Positions 48,907-58,746 of a stretch of 64,000 bases of DNA are shown here, piece after piece. Position numbers and translations under genes: made by a program. The notes under the pieces are model-generated. The model ran no database searches, was not told the origin of the DNA, and was given only the letters and a program-made list of their open reading frames with translations. How positions within the stretch are numbered: the first letter of the stretch is position 1; the number at the start of each line of letters is the position of its first letter. Origin of the DNA: Trueperaceae bacterium (GTDB lineage: Bacteria; Deinococcota; Deinococci; Deinococcales; Trueperaceae); assembly GCA_034521815.1 (NCBI GenBank), contig JAXHLW010000013.1, positions 1,504,001-1,568,000 of the forward strand. The letters run 5' to 3'.

Positions 48907-48972
48907 ATGATTCGAACCTTCTTACCCATCGATCTACCAGGCGCGCGTCGCGAACCGGCGCTCCGACCGTGA
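48907..48972 (+). CDS. Putative leaderless 21-aa leader ORF coupled to the ABC ATPase
   Basis: TATGGT-N7-ATG; MIRTFLPIDLPGARREPALRP*; GTGA overlap. Confidence 0.4.
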   Translation: MIRTFLPIDLPGARREPALRP

Positions 48973-49964
48973 GCGACGATCCCGCGATCCGCGTTCACGA
49001 TGTCGCCAAACGCTTCGGCGCGGTCACGGCGCTGGACGGCGTCGATCTCGAGGTGGCTTCCGGCACCGTGTACGGTCTTCTGGGTCCCAACGGTGCCGGC
49101 AAGACGACCCTCGTACGCATCCTCACCGCCCTGATGCGTCCCGACAGGGGGTACGCCGAGGTTCTCGGGCTGGACGTCGGCCGCGACGCCCACCGGCTGC
49201 GCCCGAGGATCGGCCTGGCGGGTCAGTACGCCGCCGTCGACGAGAACCTGACCGGACGCGAGAACCTGCGCATGGTCGGGCGCCTCTACCACCTGCCGGT
49301 CGCCGAGGCCCGCCGGCGAGCCGACGAGGTCCTGGCCGAGTTCGACTTGGAGGACGCGGCCGACCGGCCGGCGAAGACCTACTCGGGCGGCATGCGCAGG
49401 CGGCTGGACCTGGGCGCCAGCCTGGTCGGTCGCCCCGAGGTGCTGTTCCTCGACGAGCCCACCACCGGTCTCGACCCGAGGACGCGTCTGGACATGTGGC
49501 GACTGATCGAACGCCTCGTCGAAGGAGGCACCACGCTGATGCTCACCACGCAGTACATGGACGAGGCCGACGCGCTGGCGGACCGGATCGCCGTCATCGA
49601 CCACGGCCGGGTGATCGCCGAAGGGACCCCTGCCGAGCTGAAGGGACGCATGGCTCGCGACGTGGTCCACGTCACGGTCGGCCCCGACGACGACGTCGAG
49701 AACGTGGCTCACGATCTCCGTCCCCTCGCCGCCGGCGATACGCAGGCCGACCCGAACGCCCGCCGCGTCACCGTCCCGGTGGCCGACGGTACGCAGAGCC
49801 TCCTCGCGATCGTCCGGCGGCTGGACGAGACCGGAACGCGGATCGAGGACATCGGCCTTCACCGCCCCACGCTGGACGACGTGTTCCTGGCGCTCACCGG
49901 CAGCGGCGTCGACGACGCGCCAGGCTCGGAGAGCGCCGCGACACCTGCAGGGAGCCGACCGTGA
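48969..49964 (+). CDS. DrrA-like ABC exporter ATP-binding protein
   Basis: GPNGAGKT, 'YSGGMRRRLDL', 'DEPTTGLDP', 'TTQYMDEA', 'PTLDDVFL'. Confidence 0.93.
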   Translation: MSDDPAIRVHDVAKRFGAVTALDGVDLEVASGTVYGLLGPNGAGKTTLVRILTALMRPDRGYAEVLGLDVGRDAHRLRPRIGLAGQYAAVDENLTGRENLRMVGRLYHLPVAEARRRADEVLAEFDLEDAADRPAKTYSGGMRRRLDLGASLVGRPEVLFLDEPTTGLDPRTRLDMWRLIERLVEGGTTLMLTTQYMDEADALADRIAVIDHGRVIAEGTPAELKGRMARDVVHVTVGPDDDVENVAHDLRPLAAGDTQADPNARRVTVPVADGTQSLLAIVRRLDETGTRIEDIGLHRPTLDDVFLALTGSGVDDAPGSESAATPAGSRP

Positions 49965-50756
49965 GCGCCCGCACCAGCCCACCGCCCCTCACGCGCCTGA
50001 CCCACAACGTCAGCGACACGTTCGTGCTGGCGCAGCGCAACCTGATGCGCTACGTGCGGCTTCCCCAGCTGCTGGCGTTCTCGACCGTCCAGCCCGTCAT
50101 GTTCGTGCTGCTGTTCAACTACGTCTTCGGCGGCGCCCTGTTCCTCCCCCGACGTCGACGCCTACATCAACTACCTGATGCCGGGGATCCTGGTCCAAAC
50201 GGTCCTGTTCGGCGCCACGCAGACCACGGTGGGACTGGCCGAGGACCTGTCGAAGGGGATGATCGACCGCTTCCGCTCGCTGCCGATGGGCCGCGCCGCC
50301 GTGATGGGCGGCCGGACCATCGCGGACAGCATCCGCAACGTGTTCGTGGTGACGCTCATGCTGATCGTCGGCGGCCTCATCGGGTTCCGCTTTCAGAACG
50401 GCATCGTGGCGGGACTCGCGGCGGTGGGCCTTGTGATCCTGTTCGGCTTCGCGTTCTCGTGGATCAGCGCCTTCATCGGACTCTTGACACGCGACCCGGA
50501 GACGGCGCAGGTCGCCGGCTTCATCTGGGTGTTTCCGCTGGTGTTCGCATCGTCCGCGTTCGTCCCCGTCGAGACGATGCCGCAGTGGCTGCAGGCGTTC
50601 GCGAACGTGCAGCCGATCTCGGTCACCGTCGACGCCGTACGCGCGCTGACGCTGGGGCGTCCCTTGGATCCCATCTGGCCTACGCTGGCGTGGATCGTCG
50701 CCATCCTCGTGGTCTTCGTGCCGCTGTCGGTCCGGCAGTACCGACGCAGCGTGTGA
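49961..50756 (+). CDS. ABC-2 (DrrB-like) permease, frameshift near 50150
   Basis: 'QPVMFVLLFNYVFGGA' then 'DRFRSLP', 'SSAFVP..TMP.WL'. Confidence 0.88.
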
Positions 50757-51352
50757 CCGGTCCCGAGCCGGACGCGAACGGCTCGCACTCGCCCTCCGCG
50801 CCCGATGCCGGCGCGCAGGCGTTCCTGCGGTTCGTGCGCATCTACATGCGATCGATGGTGGACGACATGAGCGCGCTGCTGAAGGACCACGGCCTGTCCA
50901 TGCCGCAGGTCGCGGCGCTTCAGTACCTCCACGCCGAGGCGCCCGCCACGGTGACCGCGATCGCCTCCCACCTCAACCTGACGATGGCCGCCACCAGCCA
51001 TCTCGTCGAGCGGCTGGTCGTCAAGGGGCTCGTGCGCCGGACGGAGAACGCCCGCGACCGACGCCAGAAGCAGGTCGCTCTGAGCGCCGCTGGCCGGGAG
51101 CTGGTCGCCGAGAGTCACGCTCGCGCCGCCGCCGTGCTGGACGCGCTGCTGAGCGACGTCTCGCCAGCCAAGCGCGCAGCGATGGCGACCGCCGTCCACG
51201 CGGTCGTCGACGAGCTGACGGCCGCGAACGGCGACGTGGACGGCGCATCGTCGTGTCGGTGCGTGAGGAACGGCCGCACCGGGCGATCCCGGCCGTGCAC
51301 GGTCGTCGCGGCGATGCGCGGATGCTCGTCCCGACGAGACCCGATCCCGTGA
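50753..51352 (+). CDS. MarR family regulator (3' end uncertain)
   Basis: 'GLSMPQ', 'SHLVERLV.KGLVRR.E..RDRRQK.V.LS..G'. Confidence 0.85.
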   Translation: MTGPEPDANGSHSPSAPDAGAQAFLRFVRIYMRSMVDDMSALLKDHGLSMPQVAALQYLHAEAPATVTAIASHLNLTMAATSHLVERLVVKGLVRRTENARDRRQKQVALSAAGRELVAESHARAAAVLDALLSDVSPAKRAAMATAVHAVVDELTAANGDVDGASSCRCVRNGRTGRSRPCTVVAAMRGCSSRRDPIP

Positions 51353-51356
51353 TCGC

Positions 51357-52631
51357 CTACGCCGCAGGAGGTCCGATGCGGGGCTCGCGGCGCCACGCCC
51401 GCCCCAGCAGCCACGCGGCGGGACCCAGCAGCATCGCTGCAGCGACGAACGCGGCCGGCATGCCGAACACCACGGCGACGAGCCCCAGCAGCGGACCGCC
51501 CGCGACCTGACCCAGCGCGTCCGCGACACCGGCCGCCGAGAAGGCGGTGGCGCGCGTCGCGCTCTCCAGCTCACGGTTCAGCCACGCCCGGTACAGCGGC
51601 GTGTTCAGGCGAGCCGAGACGCGAGCCAGGAGGTACATCGACACGGCGAGATCCAGCCGTCCGGCCAGACCGAACGCGGCGACCGCGCCCCCTGCACCAC
51701 CGTGAGCGCCAGCAGGACGGCCACCAGCGGACGGCGGGCCGTGCCGTCCGGATCTGCCCGGTCCAGGCCCCGCCGCGCCAGCTCGGCCGAGGCGATGCCA
51801 AGCGCGGCGGTGACGATCGCGACCAGCGCCGAACCCACGTCGGCGCGCCGATCCCGCCGGGCAAGCCGGGGCCCGCGATCATCCGGGCCTCCCACAGGCG
51901 ATCGAACGTCTCGGACGACGCGCCCGCGAACAGGGCGACCCCGAGGATCGTCCACACCAACGGACGCTCCCTCGCCAGCGCCACGCCCCGAGCGAGCGTG
52001 CCCGCGACGGCTCGCAGAGGGTCGCGGTCTCTCCCTTCACGGGGCTCGAAGCCGGTCTCCTGCATCGACAGCGCTAGGAAGGCGGCGAGCAGGAGAAACC
52101 CCACGCCGCCGACGACCAGGGGAAGCCCCAGCGAGACGCTCCCCGCCAGGGCGGCCACCGGAATGCCGGCGAGCGCGGCGGCCTGCTGCACCTGCGCGGC
52201 GCGCAGGAAAGCCCTGCTGGCGGCCCGCTCGCCGATCTCGTCCGACAGCCACGCCTCCACGGCGCCGGACTCGAACGCCGCCCCGAGCCCCAGATCACCT
52301 GCGCCAGCAGGACGGCGGCCAACATGGGCACGAGGCCCTCCAGGACGAAGCCGACCCCGATCAGCATCGTGCCGACCAACAGCGACAGGCGCCTCGACAC
52401 CGTGTCCGCCAGGATCCCCGTCGGTAGCTCCGCGAGCAGCACCGTGCCTTCGAGCACAGTGCCGACCAGGACCAGCTGAAGCGGCGTCAATCCGACCACC
52501 TGGAAGCGGTACACGGAGGACAGGGTGGCCATCACCGCGAACGCGAACGCAGTGACGGCGGCGTGAACGAGGTATACCGTCGACGCCGGCGCGGGCAGGA
52601 GCGGAACGCGTGATCGCCGCACGGACGGCAT
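51357..52631 (-). CDS. MFS transporter, several frameshifts
   Basis: 'LQLVLVGTVLE...ELPTGILAD..SRR', 'FESGAVEAWLSDE', 'SETFDRLWE', 'RATAFS...DALGQVAGGP'. Confidence 0.85.
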
Positions 52632-52746
52632 GATACGAGGGCCGCCGTGCGGTCGCCGCGGATCGGCCTGCCGTCATCGTATGCCGGCCCTTCCGCCCGG
52701 CTAGCCGGCGTCGCTGGCGCGGGACGCACGTCCGCCCCGTGCTAGC

Positions 52747-53109
52747 GTGCCGGCCGTGACGATGCTCAGGCGCCCCGCACTCCTGTCGGCCTTCCGCCTC
52801 GTGGCGCATCTCGAGGCGGTGTCGTGGGCCGGCCTGCTCGTCGGCATGTTCCTCGAGCGCGTCCTCGTTCGCCATGCGGAGCTGGGCGACCGGCTGGTGT
52901 TCATCTTCGGCAGCGTGCACGGCGGCCTGGTGATCGGGTACGTCGCGCTCGCCGTGGGCGTCGGACTGGCCCGTGGCTGGCGCCCGCTCACCTGGGCCTT
53001 GGCGCTCGCAGCGACCGTGCCTCCGTTCGCGACGCTGGCGTTCGACGGCTGGGCGCGACGCACCGGACGGTACGTCCTTTCGAACGAGGCGGCGCCCGCC
53101 AGCGATTGA
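52747..53109 (+). CDS. DUF3817 membrane protein
   Basis: 'FRLVAHLEAVSW..LL', 'HGGL', 'PPFATL'. Confidence 0.8.
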   Translation: MPAVTMLRRPALLSAFRLVAHLEAVSWAGLLVGMFLERVLVRHAELGDRLVFIFGSVHGGLVIGYVALAVGVGLARGWRPLTWALALAATVPPFATLAFDGWARRTGRYVLSNEAAPASD

Positions 53110-53127
53110 GCGCGACGTAGCCCGACG

Positions 53128-54129
53128 CTACGAAGCCGAGCGCTCCGGCGGCGGGTCCGTGCGACCGTTCACGAGCGGTGGCGCGCCTCGCAGCGAGCCG
53201 TCGGCACCCGTCCTCAGCGTGACGTCGAAGATGTCCGGTCGGGCGTAGTGCCCAGCGACGTCCAGCTGGAACCGTGAACCGCGCAGCGCGCCCATGTCCA
53301 GATCGGCGTAGAGGATCTCCTCCCGCTCGGTCACCGGCTCGACCAGGAACTTGCCGTCGGGATCGACGATGCAGCTTCCGCCCGGGTTGATCCACGCCGT
53401 GTCGGGCAGGTGCGCGGCCTTGAAGGCGAACGCGTCGGGTACGTCGTCACGGTGGACCGGCGAGCAGCAGCCGATCACGAAGGTACGGCCCTCCTTGGCG
53501 ATGTGCCTCAGGGTCGACGTCCACGGCTCGCCCCGGTCCCAGGTGGGCGCCGCGAACAGCTGCACGCCGCGCGCGTACAGCGCCCAGCGAGCCAGCGGCA
53601 TGTAGTTCTCCCAGCAGATCAGGCCTCCCAGCCGCCCGATGTCCAGCTCGTACGCGGTCAGGCTGGCGCCGTCCCCCCGGCCGTGGACCAGCCGCTCGGC
53701 GACGGTGGGGATCAGCTTGCGGTGGCGCCCCAGCAGCCGGCCGTCGGGTCCGATGAACAGCAGCGAGTTGTACAGCGTCGTGCCGGTGCCGTCGTCGTCG
53801 CGCTCGTTGATCCCCATCACCACGGTCACGCCCGCGTCGCGCGCCGCGTCGCGCAGGCGCTCCACGGCGGCGCCGGGAACGGTGACGGCCTGCTGCAGCA
53901 GCAGGTCGTACAGCTCGCGCAGCTCACCCGTACGGAACGGGGGCACGAACCACGCCCAGAACGGGTACGTGGGGATGAACCCTTCGGGAAACACGGCCAG
54001 CCGAGCGCCGTTGCGCCCGGCCTCGGCGACGAGCTCGCACGCCTTCGCGACGGTGGCTTCAAGGTCGAGGAACACGGGGGTGGCTTGCACCGCGGCGACG
54101 CGGACGGGTGACGAAGACGACTGGATCAT
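53128..54129 (-). CDS. Nitrilase (carbon-nitrogen hydrolase branch 1)
   Basis: Triad FPEG / HRKL.PT..ER / ICWENYMP; 'DVAGHYARPD'. Confidence 0.93.
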   Translation of the reverse strand: MIQSSSSPVRVAAVQATPVFLDLEATVAKACELVAEAGRNGARLAVFPEGFIPTYPFWAWFVPPFRTGELRELYDLLLQQAVTVPGAAVERLRDAARDAGVTVVMGINERDDDGTGTTLYNSLLFIGPDGRLLGRHRKLIPTVAERLVHGRGDGASLTAYELDIGRLGGLICWENYMPLARWALYARGVQLFAAPTWDRGEPWTSTLRHIAKEGRTFVIGCCSPVHRDDVPDAFAFKAAHLPDTAWINPGGSCIVDPDGKFLVEPVTEREEILYADLDMGALRGSRFQLDVAGHYARPDIFDVTLRTGADGSLRGAPPLVNGRTDPPPERSAS

Positions 54130-54359
54130 GACGACGCTCCGATCAGCTCAGCGAGATTCCGGATCTCCCGGGCCCGACCGGCTGTCGTCGTCGTGCAGCG
54201 ACGGCGAAAGGCGGAACGTCTTGGGTTCGGGACCTGCAGTATGGGGGTTCCGGGGCGCATGCGCAAGGCCGCGTCGCGTGTCGCGCTCGATGCCGACCGG
54301 CCGCTCGCGCAGCGTCCACGCGTCGCGTATCGTGGAGCCTCGCTCCGAAGGAGACGCGA

Positions 54360-54818
54360 ATGACGACGATGGACCGACGTGAGCGCGATGTTCTGGCGCA
54401 CGCCTTGGCGACGCTCGAGTACCGGACGGACGTCGCCCTGGCCGGCGCTCCCGACACGTTCATGACCTTCCGCGCCGCTCCCGACGTGCGGACGCCGGAA
54501 GAGCTCCTGGCGCACATGACGCAGCTGATGGCGATGGCCGAGAACCGGATGGACGAAGCCGCTTCCGTGACTCGCGGCGCCGAGCCGGACGCCGATTCGG
54601 GCCCTCCCCTGACGCACTTCCGGAATCGACTCCGCGCACTCGCCGTCGCGATCGAGGCGGCCGAGGACCTGCAGCGCGCTACGGCGTACAAGCTCCTGCA
54701 AGGACCCATTCTCGATGCGGTCACGCATGCGGGACAGCTGACCCTGCTGCGGCGCCTGTCGGGATCCCCGATCACGGCCTCCGGGTACTTCCGAGCCGAG
54801 ATCGCCAAGTCTTGGTGA
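54360..54818 (+). CDS. DinB-like four-helix-bundle protein
   Basis: 'LATLEYR', 'RTP..LLAHM', 'LLQGP..DA.THAGQL..LRR'. Confidence 0.75.
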   Translation: MTTMDRRERDVLAHALATLEYRTDVALAGAPDTFMTFRAAPDVRTPEELLAHMTQLMAMAENRMDEAASVTRGAEPDADSGPPLTHFRNRLRALAVAIEAAEDLQRATAYKLLQGPILDAVTHAGQLTLLRRLSGSPITASGYFRAEIAKSW

Positions 54819-55038
54819 GGCGCACCGCCGCTCGGCGGACCCCGACACATTCGCGTGGTGACGGCCGGCGACGGCCACCAACGCCGGTAGGCTTCGAGCG
54901 CGACGCCTGGAGCGGGAGCGCGATCTTCGTCGCCCCATGCATTCGACTCGGGAGCGGCCTCGTCCATGTTGACGAGGCCGCTTCAGAGTCGCGCACGCGT
55001 CCAGCGACTCGGTCGGTCCGGTCAGCCAGCGACGCCGG

Positions 55039-56878
55039 TCAGCTGGGCGGCCAGACGATCGCGATCTGGATCGTGACCGAGTCGGTCATGCCGTCGCTGT
55101 CGACCGCCGTCAGTCGCACGTCGTACCGCACCGTGTTCACCGACATCGGAAAGCGCAGCACCGGGTCGGTCCCCGTGCCCCGCTGCTGAAACGAGCCCAC
55201 GCCCTCCCGTCGGACCTCCGACACCAGGCTTGCGCCGGTGAGCGCACCGTCCTGGGCGTCGCTGGCCGAGCCGGCGACCGCGACGTCGAGGTACGTGTTC
55301 ACGCCGTCGAGGTCGAACCAGTTGAAAACCGACTCGTCCGCGGGGCTCGAGATCGTCGCCGTCGGCGGCGCGCCGGTCTCCTGAACGGTCACCGTCACGG
55401 AGTCCGAGGCGGAGCCGTACTCCACGTAGATGGTGTGCTGGCCGGCGCCCAGCTTCGTCGAGTTCTGCAGTCCCCTGCCGATGATCGTGCCGTCGTCCGG
55501 ATCGTCCAGACGCCAGATCACCGGGGTAGAGCGGCACGTCCGTCTCCGGATGGTCGTCGTCGATGACGGCCGAGGCGGCACGGTGGCCCCTTCTGCGAAC
55601 ACGGCGCCGGTCGAGGGCTCGTCGATCGACACGGAGATGGCGCACAGATCCGGCGGGTTCGTCATGCCCAGATCGCCCACGATGACGCGAACCGTGTCGG
55701 TCGCCAGCTCGCCCTGGCTGGGCAGAGATCGCGGACACGATCACGTCGTGCACGCCGTCGCAGAAGCGGTGCGAGGACGATTGGCCCAGCGCGTTCGACG
55801 CGAAGGTGAACGGCACGCCATCCCGGTCGTACGTCCAGGTGGAGGAGCAGGTCACGGTCGTCCAGGGCGGGGTCGATCACGGCGTCGGCCGCGAACGTCA
55901 CGGTGTCGCCCTCGTCCACGGTGACGGTCGCCTCCGGCTCGGTGATGTCGGCGAACGGCAGGTCCTCCTCGGGGTACAGCCTGCGAATGCCGGCCAGGTC
56001 GCCGTCGGTGAGCCTGTTCGCCGGCTGGATCGTTGGTCCGAGCGTGCGGATGGTCGTCATCCGATTCCCGTTGGCGTCGACCTTCCCGAACGCGGTTCGA
56101 CTGTAGTGCATGATCGAGGTGTAGCCGTACTCGCCCAGCGGCAAGCCGGGGCCGAACAGGCGGAAGTTGCCGGACCTGTCAGGGTTCGTTCGGATGTTGT
56201 CCCACACGATCTCGACGAAGTCGTCGCGGTCGGTGCGCTGCTGCTCGTGCTTCAGGCCGACGGTATGACCCAGCTCGTGAACGACCGTCGCGATGCGCGT
56301 GCAGGCGTTCTCGTCCAGGCGGATCTCCTGACGGCCGACCTGACGGCCGACGGCGGACCAGCAGCGGCTGTTCACGGTGACGAACTCGACGTAGTCCGCC
56401 TCACCGTTGCGTGGCACGAACTCGATCGCAGTCGACTCGTTCCAATGCTCGATGGCGGGCTCGATCACGTCGTCTCGGTAGCTCTGCGAGAAGTCGTCGC
56501 TCACGACGTAGGGAATCTCGTACACGTAGGGCGGCGTGGCGGTCGACGCCGGCCAGTAGCTCGTCGCGATTCCGTGAGAGTGGGGCGTCAGCTCCCCCAT
56601 GGCGGTGAGCTCGTCGTACGTCCCGAGCGCGATGTCGCCCTCGATCAGCACCACGCCCTCGACCAGCTCTGCGGTCAGCTCCGTCGCCTGATCCTCGCCG
56701 GGAACGTGTACGAGCAGCTCGACGGGCTCGCCCGCAGGCCCGGCGAGGTACTCGTCCTGGACCACCTCCGACGCCGGACGGGTCCGGCGTCTGGACGCAA
56801 CCGGCCAGGAGGAACGGCGATCGTGACGAGGGCCGATCGATGCAGCGTGCGTGCAGTCCGTCTACTGGGTCGATTCAT
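55039..56878 (-). CDS. Astacin (M12A) metallopeptidase lipoprotein with Ig/PKD-like C-terminal repeats, several frameshifts
   Basis: 'IEGDI', 'CWSAVG', HELGHTVGLKHEQQR, Met-turn SIMHY; LAGC lipobox in a shifted frame near 56800. Confidence 0.85.
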
Positions 56879-56977
56879 GGTGACACCGATGCACACCGGG
56901 CGTGAAAACGCCGTGAACACGTGCCGCGCGGACGCATGGCGTGGCGTCAAGGAGTTCGACGCCACGCCCGACGCAGA

Positions 56978-57124
56978 TCACGCCGGCGTTCTCGCACGGC
57001 GTATGCCAGGTCTTCTCGAACCCTGCGTGGCCGACGTGAGGGCGGCGCCTGAGCAAGCGACAAGCGCCACTCCGACAAGTGCCGCGGCCGACAGGAACGA
57101 GACGATGGGTCGAACGGATCGCAT
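56978..57124 (-). pseudogene. Lipoprotein N-terminal stub (48 aa)
   Basis: SD GGAGG; MRSVRPIVSFLSAAALVGVALVAC then early stop. Confidence 0.5.
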
Positions 57125-57196
57125 GGGAACTCCTCCGTGCGGCGCGCAGCGCGCCACGGGCTCGGATCCGCCCGCCGGCGCGCTGTGGGGCGCGTC

Positions 57197-58636
57197 TCAG
57201 CCCGCGGGCTGGATGTTCTGGTTGACGCGGAACAGGTTGTGCGGATCGTAGGTCGCCTTCACCCGAGCCAGGCGGGGGTAGTTGTCGCGGTAGCTCGCCC
57301 GCACCCGCTCCTGCCCCTCGTCCATCATCATGTTCACGTACGCGCCCCCGGCCGAGTGCGGGTGCAACGCGTCGTGATACGCCTTCGTCCACGTCTCGAT
57401 CGCGCCCGCGTTGGCGGGATCGGGATCGACGCCCACGATCACCTGCGCCCAGTTCGCGCTGCGGTAGCTCCACGGCGTCGCGTCGTTCGTGACGTCGTGG
57501 GCGGCCCCATCGATCGGGTAGAGGTGCATGCTCGACTGCATCGTCGGCATGGTGGCCCCGTGCTCGACGTGGGCCGCGATCGCTGCGTCGGACAGCTCGT
57601 CGAAGAAGTCCGCACGCCAGTACCACTGGTGCCCGGCCGGATAGAACCGATCGAACGCGCTCTGGAGTGCCGGGAACGGCATGTCTTGCACGCCGTGCAT
57701 GAGCGGCGTCCCGAAGGCCGCCACCGGCGCGAAGACCTCGTCGGCGCGTTCGGGCGGGCCCGTGTAGCACCAGACGATCCCGCACACCTTCCGCCCGTGC
57801 AGATGCTCGGGGAACGGCGGGGCCGGCGGGACCGTCAGGAACGCGAAGAAACCGTTCAGGTCGCGCGGCGCCTCGCGGATGAAGTCGCGGTACCAGCGCA
57901 TGACGTCGGCCGCGTCCTCCAGCGCCCAGAAGGTGGGTCCGCCGATCACGGTATCCACCGGGTGCAGCCGGAACAGGAACGAGGTGACGACACCGAAGTT
58001 GCCGCCGCCACCCCGCACCGCCCAGAACAGGTCTTCGTGCTCGTGCGCGTTGGCGGTGACGAGTCGCCCGTCGGCCAGCACCACGTCCACCTCGAGAAGG
58101 TTGTCGATCGTCAGGCCGTGGCGTCGCGTCAGGTGCCCCAACCCACCGCCGAGGGTCAGCCCACCCACGCCCGTGGACGCGATGATGCCGCTCGGGACAG
58201 CGAGGCCGAAAGCGTGGGCGGCATGGTCCACCTTGCCCCACGTGGCTCCCCCCTCGACCCGGGCCGTACGCGCCTCGGCGTCGATCCGCACGCCGTTCAG
58301 ACCGGCCAGGTCGAGGAGTACACCGTCGTCGACGCTGCCGAGTCCACCACCGTTGTGCCCGCCGCCCCGAACCGCCAGCGGCAGGCCGTGATCGCGAGCG
58401 AACGCCACCGTCGCGATGACGTCCGACACGTCCACGCACTGCGCGATGAGCCAGGGCCGCTTGTCGATCATGGCGTTGTAGAGCGCGCGCGCTTCGTCGT
58501 AGTCGGCGTCGCTCCTGCGAATCAGGTCTCCACGCAAGCGGGCCTCGAAGTCGAGCACGGCTTCCGCCGGCACGTTGGGCTCGGCTGCGAGAACGTTCGG
58601 TCGGGTGACGGACAGGTTCGGTTCGATGTCGGACAT
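57197..58636 (-). CDS. FAD-binding oxidoreductase (VAO/BBE family)
   Basis: 'VRGGGH', 'GVGGLTLGGG', 'DLFWAVRGGGGNFGVVT', 'YVN', 'KATYDPHNLF'. Confidence 0.95.
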   Translation of the reverse strand: MSDIEPNLSVTRPNVLAAEPNVPAEAVLDFEARLRGDLIRRSDADYDEARALYNAMIDKRPWLIAQCVDVSDVIATVAFARDHGLPLAVRGGGHNGGGLGSVDDGVLLDLAGLNGVRIDAEARTARVEGGATWGKVDHAAHAFGLAVPSGIIASTGVGGLTLGGGLGHLTRRHGLTIDNLLEVDVVLADGRLVTANAHEHEDLFWAVRGGGGNFGVVTSFLFRLHPVDTVIGGPTFWALEDAADVMRWYRDFIREAPRDLNGFFAFLTVPPAPPFPEHLHGRKVCGIVWCYTGPPERADEVFAPVAAFGTPLMHGVQDMPFPALQSAFDRFYPAGHQWYWRADFFDELSDAAIAAHVEHGATMPTMQSSMHLYPIDGAAHDVTNDATPWSYRSANWAQVIVGVDPDPANAGAIETWTKAYHDALHPHSAGGAYVNMMMDEGQERVRASYRDNYPRLARVKATYDPHNLFRVNQNIQPAG

Positions 58637-58687
58637 GTCGCTCCTCTCGGATCACGACGCGGCCTTGACGACCGCGTTGCGATCCCG

Positions 58688-58733
58688 AGCCTAGATGGAC
58701 GAGCGTTCCCGCAGCGTTGCCACCGCGGGAACG
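58688..58733 (-). promoter_or_regulatory. Promoter with heptamer repeats CGTTCCC-N5-GGCAACG-N4-GGGAACG-N10-TAGGCT
   Basis: Same boxes at identical spacing recur at 60668-60713. Confidence 0.75.
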
Positions 58734-58746
58734 TGTTTGTAGCGCT

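Noticed and set aside
49496-51352. 618-aa ORF joining the permease N-terminus and MarR
   Set aside because: Product of the frameshift near 50150; these are separate coupled genes
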